Assembly (NCBI RefSeq): GCF_001194135.2
Contig: NC_068989.1
Span: 75,150,065-75,214,064 of the forward strand
DNA: 64,000 nucleotides
Origin: Octopus bimaculoides
Taxonomy: Eukaryota
Reading direction: 5' to 3'
Program-made: the position numbers and the translations under genes
Notes under the pieces: generated by a model
What the model was told of the DNA's origin: nothing
Seen by the model: the letters and a program-made list of their open reading frames with translations, nothing else
Database searches by the model: none
Shown here: positions 24,360 through 37,270 of the stretch, piece by piece
Position numbering within the stretch: position 1 is the stretch's first letter
Layout: the number at the start of each line of letters is the position of its first letter

Positions 24360-26213
24360 NNNNNNNNNNNNNNNNNNNNNNNNNNNNNNNNNNNNNNNNN
24401 NNNNNNNNNNNNNNNNNNNNNNNNNNNNNNNNNNNNNNNNNNNNNNNNNNNNNNNNNNNNNNNNNNNNNNNNNNNNNNNNNNNNNNNNNNNNNNNNNNNN
24501 NNNNNNNNNNNNNNNNNNNNNNNNNNNNNNNNNNNNNNNNNNNNNNNNNNNNNNNNNNNNNNNNNNNNNNNNNNNNNNNNNNNNNNNNNNNNNNNNNNNN
24601 NNNNNNNNNNNNNNNNNNNNNNNNNNNNNNNNNNNNNNNNNNNNNNNNNNNNNNNNNNNNNNNNNNNNNNNNNNNNNNNNNNNNNNNNNNNNNNNNNNNN
24701 NNNNNNNNNNNNNNNNNNNNNNNNNNNNNNNNNNNNNNNNNNNNNNNNNNNNNNNNNNNNNNNNNNNNNNNNNNNNNNNNNNNNNNNNNNNNNNNNNNNN
24801 NNNNNNNNNNNNNNNNNNNNNNNNNNNNNNNNNNNNNNNNNNNNNNNNNNNNNNNNNNNNNNNNNNNNNNNNNNNNNNNNNNNNNNNNNNNNNNNNNNNN
24901 NNNNNNNNNNNNNNNNNNNNNNNNNNNNNNNNNNNNNNNNNNNNNNNNNNNNNNNNNNNNNNNNNNNNNNNNNNNNNNNNNNNNNNNNNNNNNNNNNNNN
25001 NNNNNNNNNNNNNNNNNNNNNNNNNNNNNNNNNNNNNNNNNNNNNNNNNNNNNNNNNNNNNNNNNNNNNNNNNNNNNNNNNNNNNNNNNNNNNNNNNNNN
25101 NNNNNNNNNNNNNNNNNNNNNNNNNNNNNNNNNNNNNNNNNNNNNNNNNNNNNNNNNNNNNTAATGTATTGGTATATTTATTTTTTTATATATTATTTTT
25201 TTTTACATATTTTTCATTTTTTACTTTTTTGTAAAAAACATTTTCATTCTCTCTCTTCTTGAAAATTTGCCATGCAATGAAACCCGGTTAGAAATCTATA
25301 TTAAAATATGCTTTCAGTTTAGCATTCTGCCTTATTATTATTTTTCATTTTCCTATTATTTCTCCACGTGCGGTTGACACAACCCCACTATTTACTGACT
25401 TATATATATGTGTGTGTGTGTGTATATGTTTGTGTGTCTGTGTTTGCCCCCACCCTCCCATCGCTTGACAACCGATGCTGGTGTGTTTACATCCCCGTAA
25501 CCTAGCAGTTCGGCATAAGAGACCGATAGAATAAGTACTAGGCTTACAAAGAATAAGTCCTGGGGGTCGATGTACTCGACTAAAGGCGGTGCTCCAACAT
25601 GGCCGCAGTCAAATGACTGAAACCAGTAAAAGAGTATATATGTAACTAATTTTTATTTTTCAAAACGTAATAACCTTTTCATGTAATAAAATAAATGATT
25701 TATAATAGCATATCTTTATGACCCTTTTAATTTCTCGTGCTTGTGTACACACACTCTCAGCAAAAACCTTTGACTTGTATAATAAAACTGCAGACGTAAT
25801 GGTTAACAAAGTGAAGTAAAAATATAGGACTCAACTATATGAAATTTATCTGTCAGAGCTCTCTCTCACATTCTTTCACTTATTCCTCCACCTCCAATTT
25901 TAGATAGCGCGGGAACTCTCTCGACACAAATTAGTTGAACACATGTTAACCTACTCTTTCGTCTAGTGTTAAGTTTATTTCTCGGTAGCCGGGTGTTTCT
26001 ATAGACGTTTATTCTATTGCCTCATGTTCGTCCTTTATTTCGACAGCATTGTGGCGGAGGTGGAGGTGGAGGTGTGGGTTGAGATGGGGTTTAAATTTTG
26101 TGTGAAGCTAATTGAATTTTTTTTTTTTTTTGAAAGAAGAACTGTTATTAAACTTAAACTAGTTTTTTTCCCCCCCTGAAAGTACAGTACTTCAGTCTAG
26201 TTTTAGCAGTGTA

Positions 26214-26250
<37 letters not shown>

Positions 26251-27509
26251 GTAATTTTTTTGCATTTTCTGTTTTATTATTTTTTGATGGCTAATGATCG
26301 GTTCGTTTCAACTGTGGTGTTTGTAACAAAGAAGTACTTTTTGAGAAGAGTTATTTATCCAGTGACCTGAAATATAGTCCCCCCCCCCCAAAAAAAAGGA
26401 AGGCAAACAATCTCTCGTCTAATCTAAACACCATAAATAAATAAAGTGATTAGACAAATAGTTTAACTCACTTAGCATAGCTTTCACACAACGAACTGAA
26501 CAATTCATATAAATGACATTACATGGGTGTTTTGCGGAGTGGTAGGGGTGGAAGCGTGCTTTATTCAACATTCTATTCAAAACAATGAATCCAAAAGACA
26601 TGCATTCAATCAGCCTTACATCGAAGTTTTTATGTGACCTTTTCTCCAGGATTTGATCATCCTTCGTCAGTACAAGTTCAATCACTGCAATGATGATGGT
26701 GATGGCTGTGTGCAAGTGATAACTCCAGGCAATAGTTTACATTTGTTTATATATATTTTTCTTCACTAGATTGTTTGAAGAACAGAATCTGTTTTCAGAA
26801 CTGAATTATAAGCATTGAAGAGAAATGTATGTTTGATAGAGGTGACACCATGTAACTGGTATTCAGTGAATGTAGGTTAACTTAATGGGCACATGTGTTG
26901 ATATTTAAAAAGAGAACATTGGTGTGCTTTTTTTTTTTTTACCTTGGTGTATAAAGTTACATATTAAAGGCACGAGTTTTTTTTTTGTATACTTTTGTTT
27001 CTTCGTGGCTGTATGGTAAGAAGCTTGCTTCCCAACCTCATGGTTCCGGGTTCAGTTCCACTGCATGGCACCTTGGGCAAGTGTCTTCTACTATAGCCTT
27101 GGTTCGACCAAAGCCTTGTAAGTGGATTTGGTAGACTGAAACTGAAAGAAGCCTGTCGTATATGTATATATTCGTGTGTTAGTGTCTGCGTTTGTCCCTC
27201 CACCATCGTTTGACAACCGATCTTGGTGTGTTTTCGTCCCTGTAACTTAACGGTTCGGCAAAAGAGACGGATATAATAAATCCCAGGCTTACAAAGAATC
27301 AGTCCAGGGGTCGATATTTAAAAAGACTAATCGGTCCTGAAAAAATGACAGGCAAAGTTGCTTTTGGTGGAATCTCAACTCAGAACACAAAGAACTTGGA
27401 TAAATACTGGAAAGTATTTCTTATGATGCTCTAACGATTTAACCAGGTTGCTGCCTTTTTAAAAATGATATATATCTATGTGCGTGTGTGTATATAACAC
27501 ACACATACA

Positions 27510-27727
27510 CACGAGGTGGGGCTGAAAAGACCCTGGCTTTGGATAAAAGAAAATACAAGAGGATCAGTTAATTATGATTTTATTAAATGTATTCCCCACT
27601 CAGATTCACACACTTATTGCAGCAGTCCTTCAGTTTTTCTAAGCCTTATAAAAGGACTCAGAAGGTTGGGCCTCCAACCAGGTCTTACGTAATACCTTTA
27701 AAGCCAGAAATTTTTTAGTACTCCCTC

Positions 27728-27732
<5 letters not shown>
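27510..27732 (-). mobile_element. Internally deleted mariner (MITE)
   Basis: Degenerate TIRs (C)ACGAGGTGGGGCTGAAAAGACCCTGGCTTT / AAAGCCAGAAATTTTTTAGTACTCCCTCATGTA. The minus strand retains the transposase end GLEKLKDCCNKCVNLSGEY. A partial copy lies at about 60395-60460. Confidence 0.75.
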
Positions 27733-27773
<41 letters not shown>

Positions 27774-30700
27774 TGATATTCATTTGCATCAATAGTCATC
27801 TGTGGATATGTTGAGGTGCTGTCTTTTGCTAAGAGAGAGGTGAATATGAACCCTAACATGTTATTGAAACCACATTTAGATGCTTTGTGGGAATAACTAC
27901 AGATATATGACCCTTCTTTCTGAGGTGCTGCTTTTTAAAAATCTCTGTTGTCATCTGCTCAACTGTTATAATTGTCTTCATAATGTAAGCAGTTATTAGG
28001 TTCTGCACCCCCTCCATATTTTTTTTTTTTTTTAACTTAGCTGATATGTGAAATCAGAGAAATATGTTGGTATTTATTATCTATGGTTTGCTTCCTCTCT
28101 TAAGGCAGTCTTTAAGAGGGGAATTTTGGAATGTTGTTAGCGAATTTATACATTTGCATTTGTGCAAGAAGGTGGCAAAATACAAGTGAATTTTCATATC
28201 TTATGGCAGCAAAGACTAGGATTTTTGTCTTTTGATTCAGAAACTACTTTGGCATTCAGCAGTTCTACAAAAGGCTCAAGTAGGACCCCACACTGGGATA
28301 CTATTTCCCCACACTGGGATACTATTTTCACATATGGGTAGTGCTATTATTGCACACGTTTCCTCTACCCTGGCCATGAAACTGATTATCACAAAGTGAC
28401 TCACAACTGCACTGCTACCAGTCTCGTAGACATGCTATCTCCTTGTTCTACTTTTACTTTTACTTCTCCCATGGCCATCTCTTCTTTAGAGATGGCTGGT
28501 CTCTTCCTGTTGTCACCCATATTCTGCCCACCACTCATTCTCTCATTAATTACTATGGCAGTCTTTCTTCTCAGAAGCATTAGGCCTCTGGAATTCCATT
28601 CTCTGTTCTTATATACATATATGTATTAAGTTGATATTTGAAACTTGAATTAACATGAAGTTTTTAAAAGTTTGTACCATAAAGCCAGAGGTAATCTCAG
28701 GCAGGTTGGTATTAGAGTTAAGCTATTTTATTACTGTCAAAAAGATTTTTTAGTTAACTCTTGTGGAATTTGAACTCATAGTAAAATAATTGTCGTTTAA
28801 AGATAGGTTTGTGAGTGTGGACTATCATAGACGTAGTTGGCATTAGTCACAAGTTGGAGTGAACATTTGTTTCTGGACATTTGTGTAAGCTGCTGTAAGA
28901 GTTAAGGGTAAAGTTGAAAATTGAATCTATGTTGCTTTGCTAACTGAAAGAGCTAGATACAAGAAGTTCCAAAGTCGGTTTTCTTTTGGGGAAAGAAAAT
29001 TAATACACTTGTAAGCACAGGTGTGGCTGTATGGTAAGAAGTTTGCTTCCCAACCACATGGTTTCAGGTTCCATCCCACTGTGTGACACCTTGGGTAAGT
29101 GTCTTCTATATATCTGTGTGTGTTACTCTCTCCTTATCTATGATAGTTGTAAATGAGTGTCACTGTTATGCAAGCAGTGTTTTCATTAATTTTGAAAATA
29201 ATCAATGAATTTGGAAATATTTAGTGTAAAATAATCACAATTTTTCATCATCATTATTGTTATCATCATTGTGTGAGAGAGCAATGCCTGCCATCAAAGT
29301 GACACTGGGGTAAAATATACCAAGCTTAGTATACCCATCATGACTACTCATCTGATAAGGGTACACCAGGCACCTGCATCACAACCATGACATGGTGATC
29401 TCATACCAAGATGAACAGCACATGACCTTGCAGGTGGAGCTCAGAATTTTCTTCAGATTGAGTAGCCCATCCTGCTCAAATGGTCCCCTGTTGAACGAAA
29501 CACCCATGTTTTCAGAGGTGTATTATTCCAACCCCAATGAATTCCTCTCAACACATGGCTATGATGCTCTCCCACTATTTCTGCTCGTGATCAAAGATGC
29601 ACATATCGTCAGCCACTAAGGGACATGCTCAACTGGTTAAGGTCAAACATCTGACAAGCAAATCTGTGGAATTGAGCAGAATATTTGTTGTAGCCCATCT
29701 TTTATGCCAAGACAAAACAATGTACATGATAACACATTATTATTATTAGTGGTGGTGGTAGTAGCAGCAGTAGTAGTAGTAGTAGTGCTCTAGCAGAATC
29801 ATTAGCATACAGGACAAAATACTTAGCAGCATTTCATCTGTCATTACCATCTGAGTTCAAATTCTGCCAAGGCCTACCTTGTATTTCATCCTTCCAGGGT
29901 TGATAAAATAAGAACCAGTTGAGCACTGGGGTTGATGTAATTGACTTAACTTCCTTTCTCATAACTGCTGGTTTTATGCTAAAGTTTGAAACCATTATTA
30001 TTATTATCGACTGGTTTCACACCCGTATCTCATAGCAAAGAACATTGGTAACCCTCTTGCTTTCAATCTCTCCTTTAGGTAGATATACTAATTGTCTAGC
30101 TGCATGGTGCTGTTTGTTATTACCCTCTTCCTTTCTCTTCTGGCTTGTTCCCTTACTTTTTCTGACTCTGTTTACCTTGCTATTCCATCATTATGTCACC
30201 CATCACCTGGTAGGTATCTTATTCTATCCACAAACTTTTGTCTGTTGAATCGAAAAGATATTTTATATTTCTTGGTATTTATCTTACATTTCTTAATGTT
30301 AATCCTAGTTTTGCTCTACTTCTTCAATCCTCTTGCTAATTATTTTATCTGTAGTTTGGCTTTACTGTTTAATACTGCAGATTATCAGCTAGCATTACTC
30401 CCCTCTCTCTCTCTCTACTATTATTTTCCTAAAATAAGATCAGGTGGAACGTTTTTCAGACACTTTTAAAGTTTATAACTGTCTGTCCGTCTCTCTTTCT
30501 CATTTTATGTATTTGTGTGTGTACACTTCAGATAACTAGTAAAATATAACTAAAAATTAATCTTACTTACTGAACCAGACTCCTCCAACACTACTTAATA
30601 CACTAATATATGAAAAGGATCCATGTTGAGTCATTGAGGTCAAGGACTAGTGAAACTTCAATGTTACTCATCACCTTTCCTATGCAAAAACAAGTGCATT

Positions 30701-31575
30701 AACTGTTTGTTTTCAGTGCTTCTTCAGACCGGTCTGTGTGTATCATGTAAAGCTAGAGATGGGAACAATGATTCCCCCTCGCAAATACTAATCGGACACA
30801 GACAGTGTGTTATTAGCCAGCTGGAGGAGATGTCCTCTTGGGGTTAAAAACAATAGTAGCATCATAGCATCATCCTCTATGGGACTGCCACATTTAGTTG
30901 GCAATTATATTTTACGATATAGTAAAATAGTTTTGTCATTAATAAGCAGATGCCTGAAGTAATTTGACACAAAATTTTAATTGGGTCACTTTAAAATGGG
31001 GATGTTTGTACCATAGAGCCAAGGTCAGTCTTTGGGGAGTTCATATTAAAAGGGTTGGGCAAATGTTTTCTACTATAGACCTGGGCTCACCAAAGCTTTG
31101 TGAGTGGATTTGGTTGATGAAAACCGAAAGAAGCTCTTTATGTGTATGTATGTTTGGTGGTGGTGATGCCACATAAAAATCCCCCAGTACACTGTAAAGT
31201 GGTTGGCATTTGGAAGGGCATACAGCTGTAGAAACAAAGCTGAAACAGATTATGGAAACTGGTGTGGCTCCTGTCAAGCCGTTCAACCCACGACAGCAAG
31301 GAAAATGATGTTAGATGATTGTGTGTGTTTGTACTTGTGTGTACTCTTGTCCTAACATCAGGTGATGGTTGTAAACGCACTTCAGTCATACAAGCAGTGT
31401 TGTCGATTTCCGGTCTTTCGTGGAAAACATGTATGGCCACGAGAAAATATCTTGCGTGAAAAAAGTGAGGGTTGGTGACAGAAAGGGCACCTGGATACAA
31501 AAAAATCTACCTCAACAAATTCCATTTAACCCATGCAAGCCTGGAAAAGTGAACATTAAATGAAAATTTTATATA

Positions 31576-32260
31576 TTAGGCCATCCCATAAGTACTGTCC
31601 GATTTTACTTTTTTAAAAATTGAATGAAATTTAATAGCATTTTAGAATGTCTAATGGAATTAAAAAATATTTTTATGCATTTGTGTACATTTAAACTAAT
31701 TAAATATTATTTTACAGAATAATAGAATTAAAATTTCTTTGATTAAAACTCTTCCTAACATGGAAGTATCCAAAGAGCATTTGAGGTACATAATGCTTTA
31801 TGAGTACAAAAAAGGAAACTCTGCAACCAAAGCGACTCGAAGCAGACACTCAGTTTATGGGAAAGAATGCTTGAATGAAAGAACTTGCAGAAGATGGTTT
31901 GCAAAATTCAGAAGTGGAGATTTCAGCCTTGAAGATGAAGATCGAACAGGACGTCCAGTTGAGTTTGATGATAAGCTCCTTGAGGCATTACTTGAAGAAA
32001 ATCCTGCATTATCAGTTGAAGAATTGGCAATAAAGCTTAGTTCAAACTATACAACTGTTCATCGTCATCTTCAACAACTTGGAAAGGTTCCTAAATTTGG
32101 AAAATGGGTGCCTGATGAAGTGTCCGAAAGCAACTGCAAATCCCGAGTTGACATCTGCTCTTCTCTCCATTCTCATGAACTCATTTCAGGCTTTTTGGAT
32201 AGACCTGTGATGGTGATGAAAAATGGATCTTCTATCGAAATGTTAAATGTAAACAGTGGC
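31576..32260 (+). mobile_element. Mariner transposon 5' half (TIR plus HTH), truncated by a gap
   Basis: TA|TTAGGCCATCCCATAAGT TIR; ATG at 31760; HLRYIMLYEY..TCRRWFAKFRSGDFSLED..GRP; WVP motif. A 1-nt deletion precedes GDEKW. Confidence 0.92.
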
Positions 32261-32942
32261 NNNNNNNNNNNNNNNNNNNNNNNNNNNNNNNNNNNNNNNN
32301 NNNNNNNNNNNNNNNNNNNNNNNNNNNNNNNNNNNNNNNNNNNNNNNNNNNNNNNNNNNNNNNNNNNNNNNNNNNNNNNNNNNNNNNNNNNNNNNNNNNN
32401 NNNNNNNNNNNNNNNNNNNNNNNNNNNNNNNNNNNNNNNNNNNNNNNNNNNNNNNNNNNNNNNNNNNNNNNNNNNNNNNNNNNNNNNNNNNNNNNNNNNN
32501 NNNNNNNNNNNNNNNNNNNNNNNNNNNNNNNNNNNNNNNNNNNNNNNNNNNNNNNNNNNNNNNNNNNNNNNNNNNNNNNNNNNNNNNNNNNNNNNNNNNN
32601 NNNNNNNNNNNNNNNNNNNNNNNNNNNNNNNNNNNNNNNNNNNNNNNNNNNNNNNNNNNNNNNNNNNNNNNNNNNNNNNNNNNNNNNNNNNNNNNNNNNN
32701 NNNNNNNNNNNNNNNNNNNNNNNNNNNNNNNNNNNNNNNNNNNNNNNNNNNNNNNNNNNNNNNNNNNNNNNNNNNNNNNNNNNNNNNNNNNNNNNNNNNN
32801 NNNNNNNNNNNNNNNNNNNNNNNNNNNNNNNNNNNNNNNNNNNNNNNNNNNNNNNNNNNNNNNNNNNNNNNNNNNNNNNNNNNNNNNNNNNNNNNNNNNN
32901 NNNNNNNNNNNNNNNNNNNNNNNNNNNNNNNNNNNNNNNNNN

Positions 32943-32981
<39 letters not shown>

Positions 32982-33010
32982 CACACACACACACACCTAT
33001 ACATACATAT

Positions 33011-33042
<32 letters not shown>

Positions 33043-35595
33043 TTTTACTGCTGCTGCAAATGATGTAGATGTGTGCATATGTATGTATATGTGTGTATAT
33101 CTATATCTCTGTTTGTCTATCTATCTATACATATAAAGTGAAAACATTTCCTTGTATAAAGCTTCAGCGAAGTGCACTGCGAAGATGAATAAATTCAAAT
33201 ACACACACACACACACCTAAAGTTAGTGGCTGTGAGATGCTGGACTATTGATCTCTTCACTGTTGCCATTGTTCTGTGTCCTTGAACTAGGCGCTTAGCT
33301 GCTTGCTCTAGTTTGCCTGACTGAATAGAAACTGGATCTGCTTTCTACTTCACATCTAGTTATACAAGCAATTGCTCCAACATGTAAACCATCCCATTCA
33401 CATAAACATTTTAAAAAAATGGGAAAAGACTGCTCAAAGACACATAATTGCTGTTTAGTCTCAGAACAACTTTGATTGAAACTTATGGTTAAAGGTGTTC
33501 TAGCTTGCACCACCATGTCTAGCATAAACTAGAACTACATTATCTAACGTATCCGCCTTCCATTTTTGAAGATACATAATTTTAGGGAGATTTGGTTGCT
33601 GTTTCTAGCAGATTGAGCAAGACTGTTGTGGTTCCCTTGTTGGTTTGGAGGGGTCTTGTCTTATAAGTTACTTGGTGACTTCACCATAAAAAGGCACCCA
33701 GTACATTCTGTAAAGTGGTTGGTGTTAAGAAAAGCATCCAGTTGTAGAAAGCATGCCAAAGCAGACAGTTGAGTTTGGCACAGCCTTCTGATTTGCTAGC
33801 TCCTGTCAAACTATCCATCCCATGCCAGCATGGAAAATGGACATTAAAAATGATGATGATGATGATAAGTTGAGTCAAAGTCTTTTTAGCATTAATGTAA
33901 AATGTTAAGTGAGGTTGGTTGAGCCTTTTAATGTACAGCTTGTCTCCCTTTCTATTTATCCCTCTCTAAGAGTTCCAGCCTCTTTACCTTAGCTTTCATC
34001 TGATATTAAACCCTATCAACTCCAGTTCTTTTCCCTCTTGACTGCTGTGGCCCAGATATTTCAGAATACCTTGTTTACAACCATCCCATGAAGTTGAAAG
34101 AAAGGATGCTCACACAAAGGAAGGATTATTATCATATTGTGCCATTTTGGTCATAATGAATATCGGTTTCAAATTTTGGCACAAAGCCAGCAATTTCAAG
34201 GGCGTGTGTAAGTCGATTACATTGATCCCTGTACTCATCTGGTACTTATTTTATCAACTCTGAAATGATGAAAGGCAAAGTTGACCCAGGTGGCATTTGA
34301 ACTCTTTAGTACAAGGACATTACGTTAGTAAATGAAGCTGGAAGAAATTCCACAAAGCATTATTTCCAGCACCTTAAGGGCATAACGAGTATTGTCTTAT
34401 CTTTTAAGAAATGACAAGCCATAGGGTTTCAAGTTCAGTTCCACTGCATGGTACTTTAAGCAAGTGTCTTCTTCTTTAGCCCTTATGAGTGAATTTGGTA
34501 GATGGAAACTGAAATGAAGCCAATCACATGCATGCGTGTGTTTGTTTTGACATTGCATGCTAATATTTTCTACTACAGGCACAAGGCTTGGAATTATTAG
34601 CAGTGAAGGGGCTAGTTGGTCACATTGATCCCACTCAATTGGTACTTAGGCTAATTGTAAACAAACTTAACCAGTGTTCAAACAGTGATGTTTATCTGTA
34701 ATTTTCCATGAAAATGTTTAGACTCAGAGAAAATATTATCTTGCTTGGAAACAGGCAAAGGTTGGTGACAGGAACTTCATCCAATCATAGAAATTGCATT
34801 GACAAATCTTGTCATAGAAAAGCAGTTTAAAATAATGATGGTGATGATTGTCATCATAACAAATAGTGAAATTAGTATTAAAAACTATATAAAATCAAAA
34901 TTGTAACAAAATAAAAATGTGTATGTATCATTTAAATGCTAAAAAGATTTTAAAAATCACTGTGGCCTTGTCTATTGCGGTAAGGCAATCATCTCTGATG
35001 TTCTCTTGTTGACCTTGTTCTTAAGTTTCAGGTGTAATTATAATAATTAATTTTGATTAATTTCATCTTTTAATTCAATATTTTTCATTCAAAGTAATGA
35101 ATATAATTCACTATCCCTAATGGGACATTTAATTAATTTTTAGCTTCCTGTCACAAATTATCTCAATATAGTTCTTAGTGTCCAAAGTGTTAAGGAGAGA
35201 GAGAGAGAGAGAGACTCCTGATTGGGTTGGTAATCTATGATAAATCAATTCCCTCTAGATAGGATGTAGTGTCATCTCACAAATTAGTATCCAGAGATTA
35301 ATTACTAGAATTAGGGTCTAACTTTTAAAAGGATTTGAATCACTCAGTAGTAATTATGGAACTAGTGCTTCTGAGTGTTCTAGATGCAGCTGCACTGACT
35401 CAGCCAATTATTGGAAAGTGAGTAATGAAGGGGATTTTTAATACTTTTATTTCCATGTTTCTGTTGAAATACCTGCTTTTGTTTCAGTTAATTTTGAAAA
35501 TGGTTTAGAATTTATTGAAATAACTTTGTTATTAAACTTGTGTTTGAAATCTAAATTAACATGGAATTTTGATTAAAGTTTTAATTTAGATTGCT

Positions 35596-35824
35596 TTAAC
35601 CCTTTAGCGTTTTATCTGGCCATATCCCAGCTGAAATATTCCACCTGATATACGTTAAAACTGACCATATCCAATCTCTCACATCTACCCTACAATGTCA
35701 TTCTAAAAATATACAAACATACCATTGAAGTCTTGAAGCTACAAGATAATACATTATTAATTCAAAACAGTGTGAATAAATAAGCATTACATTTGACAAA
35801 GAAATATGAATGCTAAAGGGTTAA
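35596..35824. mobile_element. piggyBac-type MITE
   Basis: TTAA|CCCTTTAGCGTT..GAATGCTAAAGGG|TTAA; same family as 14715-14937, in the opposite orientation. Confidence 0.8.
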
Positions 35825-36012
35825 AACAAGGAATTTTTATACCATAGAACTACGAGGTGGTCTTAGGCAGATTGAATTTATTAAGTAAGAATCTGAGGTT
35901 ATAAAATTCACTTGTTTATCTATCATTTTCTACTGTAAAAGGTATAGTGATTTTTCTCTTAAGCACAAGGACACTGCTTTAGTAAATGAATATGGTATAG
36001 TTAAATTCATTG

Positions 36013-36319
36013 TACCGGTGGTACGTGTAAAGACATTTGAGCGGGATCGTGCGTGCAGGTGGCACGTAAAATACACCATTTTGAGTGTGGCTGGCTGTTG
36101 CCAGTACCACCTGACTGGCCTTCGTGCCGGTGGCACGTAAAAGCACCCACTACACTCTCGGAGTGGTTGGCGTTAGGAAGGGCATCCAGCTGTAGAAACT
36201 CTGCCAAATCAGATTGGAGCCTGGTGTAGCCATCTGGTTCACCAGTCCTCAGTCAAATCGTCCAACCCATGTTAGCATGGAAAGCGGACGTTAAACGACG
36301 ACGACGATGATGATGATGA
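36013..36319 (+). mobile_element. Young RTE 3' tail copy
   Basis: Close to the family consensus, retains many CpGs, ends in (GAC)n(GAT)n. Confidence 0.8.
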
Positions 36320-37214
36320 TTAATTGACACGACTCCAGTTCTCTGATTCTGCAATCATATTCATAATACTTAATCTAGCATTAAGGTATTTTATGTGATG
36401 GAGAAAAGACAGCATTAGTTCAATGAATATTATTATTTAATTGTTTTGACAAGTACAGGAGATAACTCCAGACATGTTTTGGTCCTATTAAACTTCCTTA
36501 GCTGAGCACATACTTCACTGTGCTTTCCAAAGGAGCGTATGAGAATCACTAAGTAGATATGTAATAGAGCACATAAATACATGTGAAAGACTAGCATATT
36601 AAGAATAATGAATTAATTAACAAATCACTGATGTTAATTATTCAGAGACACCATAAGCATATTGTATTGTAAATAGTTTGGTAACCTGACCTCCAGCTGC
36701 TAAATTTTCGTTTTATTGATGATATTTTGGATAGTGTTCAGAAAAAAGTGCGCAGAACTATAAAGCTGTTGGAAATGTCCTTGTAAACAGTGTTATAATA
36801 GTTTTACCTCCCCAAACCTACATACTAACTTCTCTCTTTCTCTCTCTCCTTCCCCGTTTTTACATAATGTGATTGATATTTAAAAGGGCATCTAGCTGCA
36901 AAAAGGTTATTTGCATTACACATGCTCAACCACATGTGCATGTAACATCATTCTGCTGTTGTTGTGTTGTTGCTAAGGTGACAGCAGTGGCTGTAAGGGT
37001 TTTGCTTTCATCTACTTGACTTGTCAAAATTAAAATGAATATAATATATGCCAGTCACAAATCCAAACCTAATGAACTAGAATATTGCTGATCTTCATTT
37101 TGGCTGGTATTTGATATGAGAGCTCTCAAAGTTGTTGGTTAGTTGATTCTGCATGCTGAAATCGAATAACAGCTGTTTGGACAATAACAGCAATAATTTT
37201 GTTTATCATCACTG

Positions 37215-37270
<56 letters not shown>
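37215..37270. repeat. (TCA)n microsatellite
   Basis: About 18-19 perfect units. Confidence 0.95.

Larger units (their letters stand above)
7222..32942. other. Span containing six assembly gaps: 7222-7328, 8680-8907, 10085-10533, 23225-23899, 24360-25161, 32261-32942
   Basis: N runs counted directly. Sequence next to the gaps may be low quality. Confidence 0.97.

Noticed and set aside
28286-28327. 21-bp tandem duplication CCCCACACTGGGATACTATTT
   Set aside because: Only two copies; ordinary replication slippage.
30092-30469. 125-aa hydrophobic ORF
   Set aside because: T-rich intronic sequence with no ATG context, motifs or splice support.
32108-32135. CTGATGAAGTGTCCGAAAG
   Set aside because: It is mariner coding sequence (WVPDEVSE).
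7125-33136. Long ORFs of 100-465 aa containing X runs
   Set aside because: They read through N gaps; only the mariner and PLE parts are real coding remnants.
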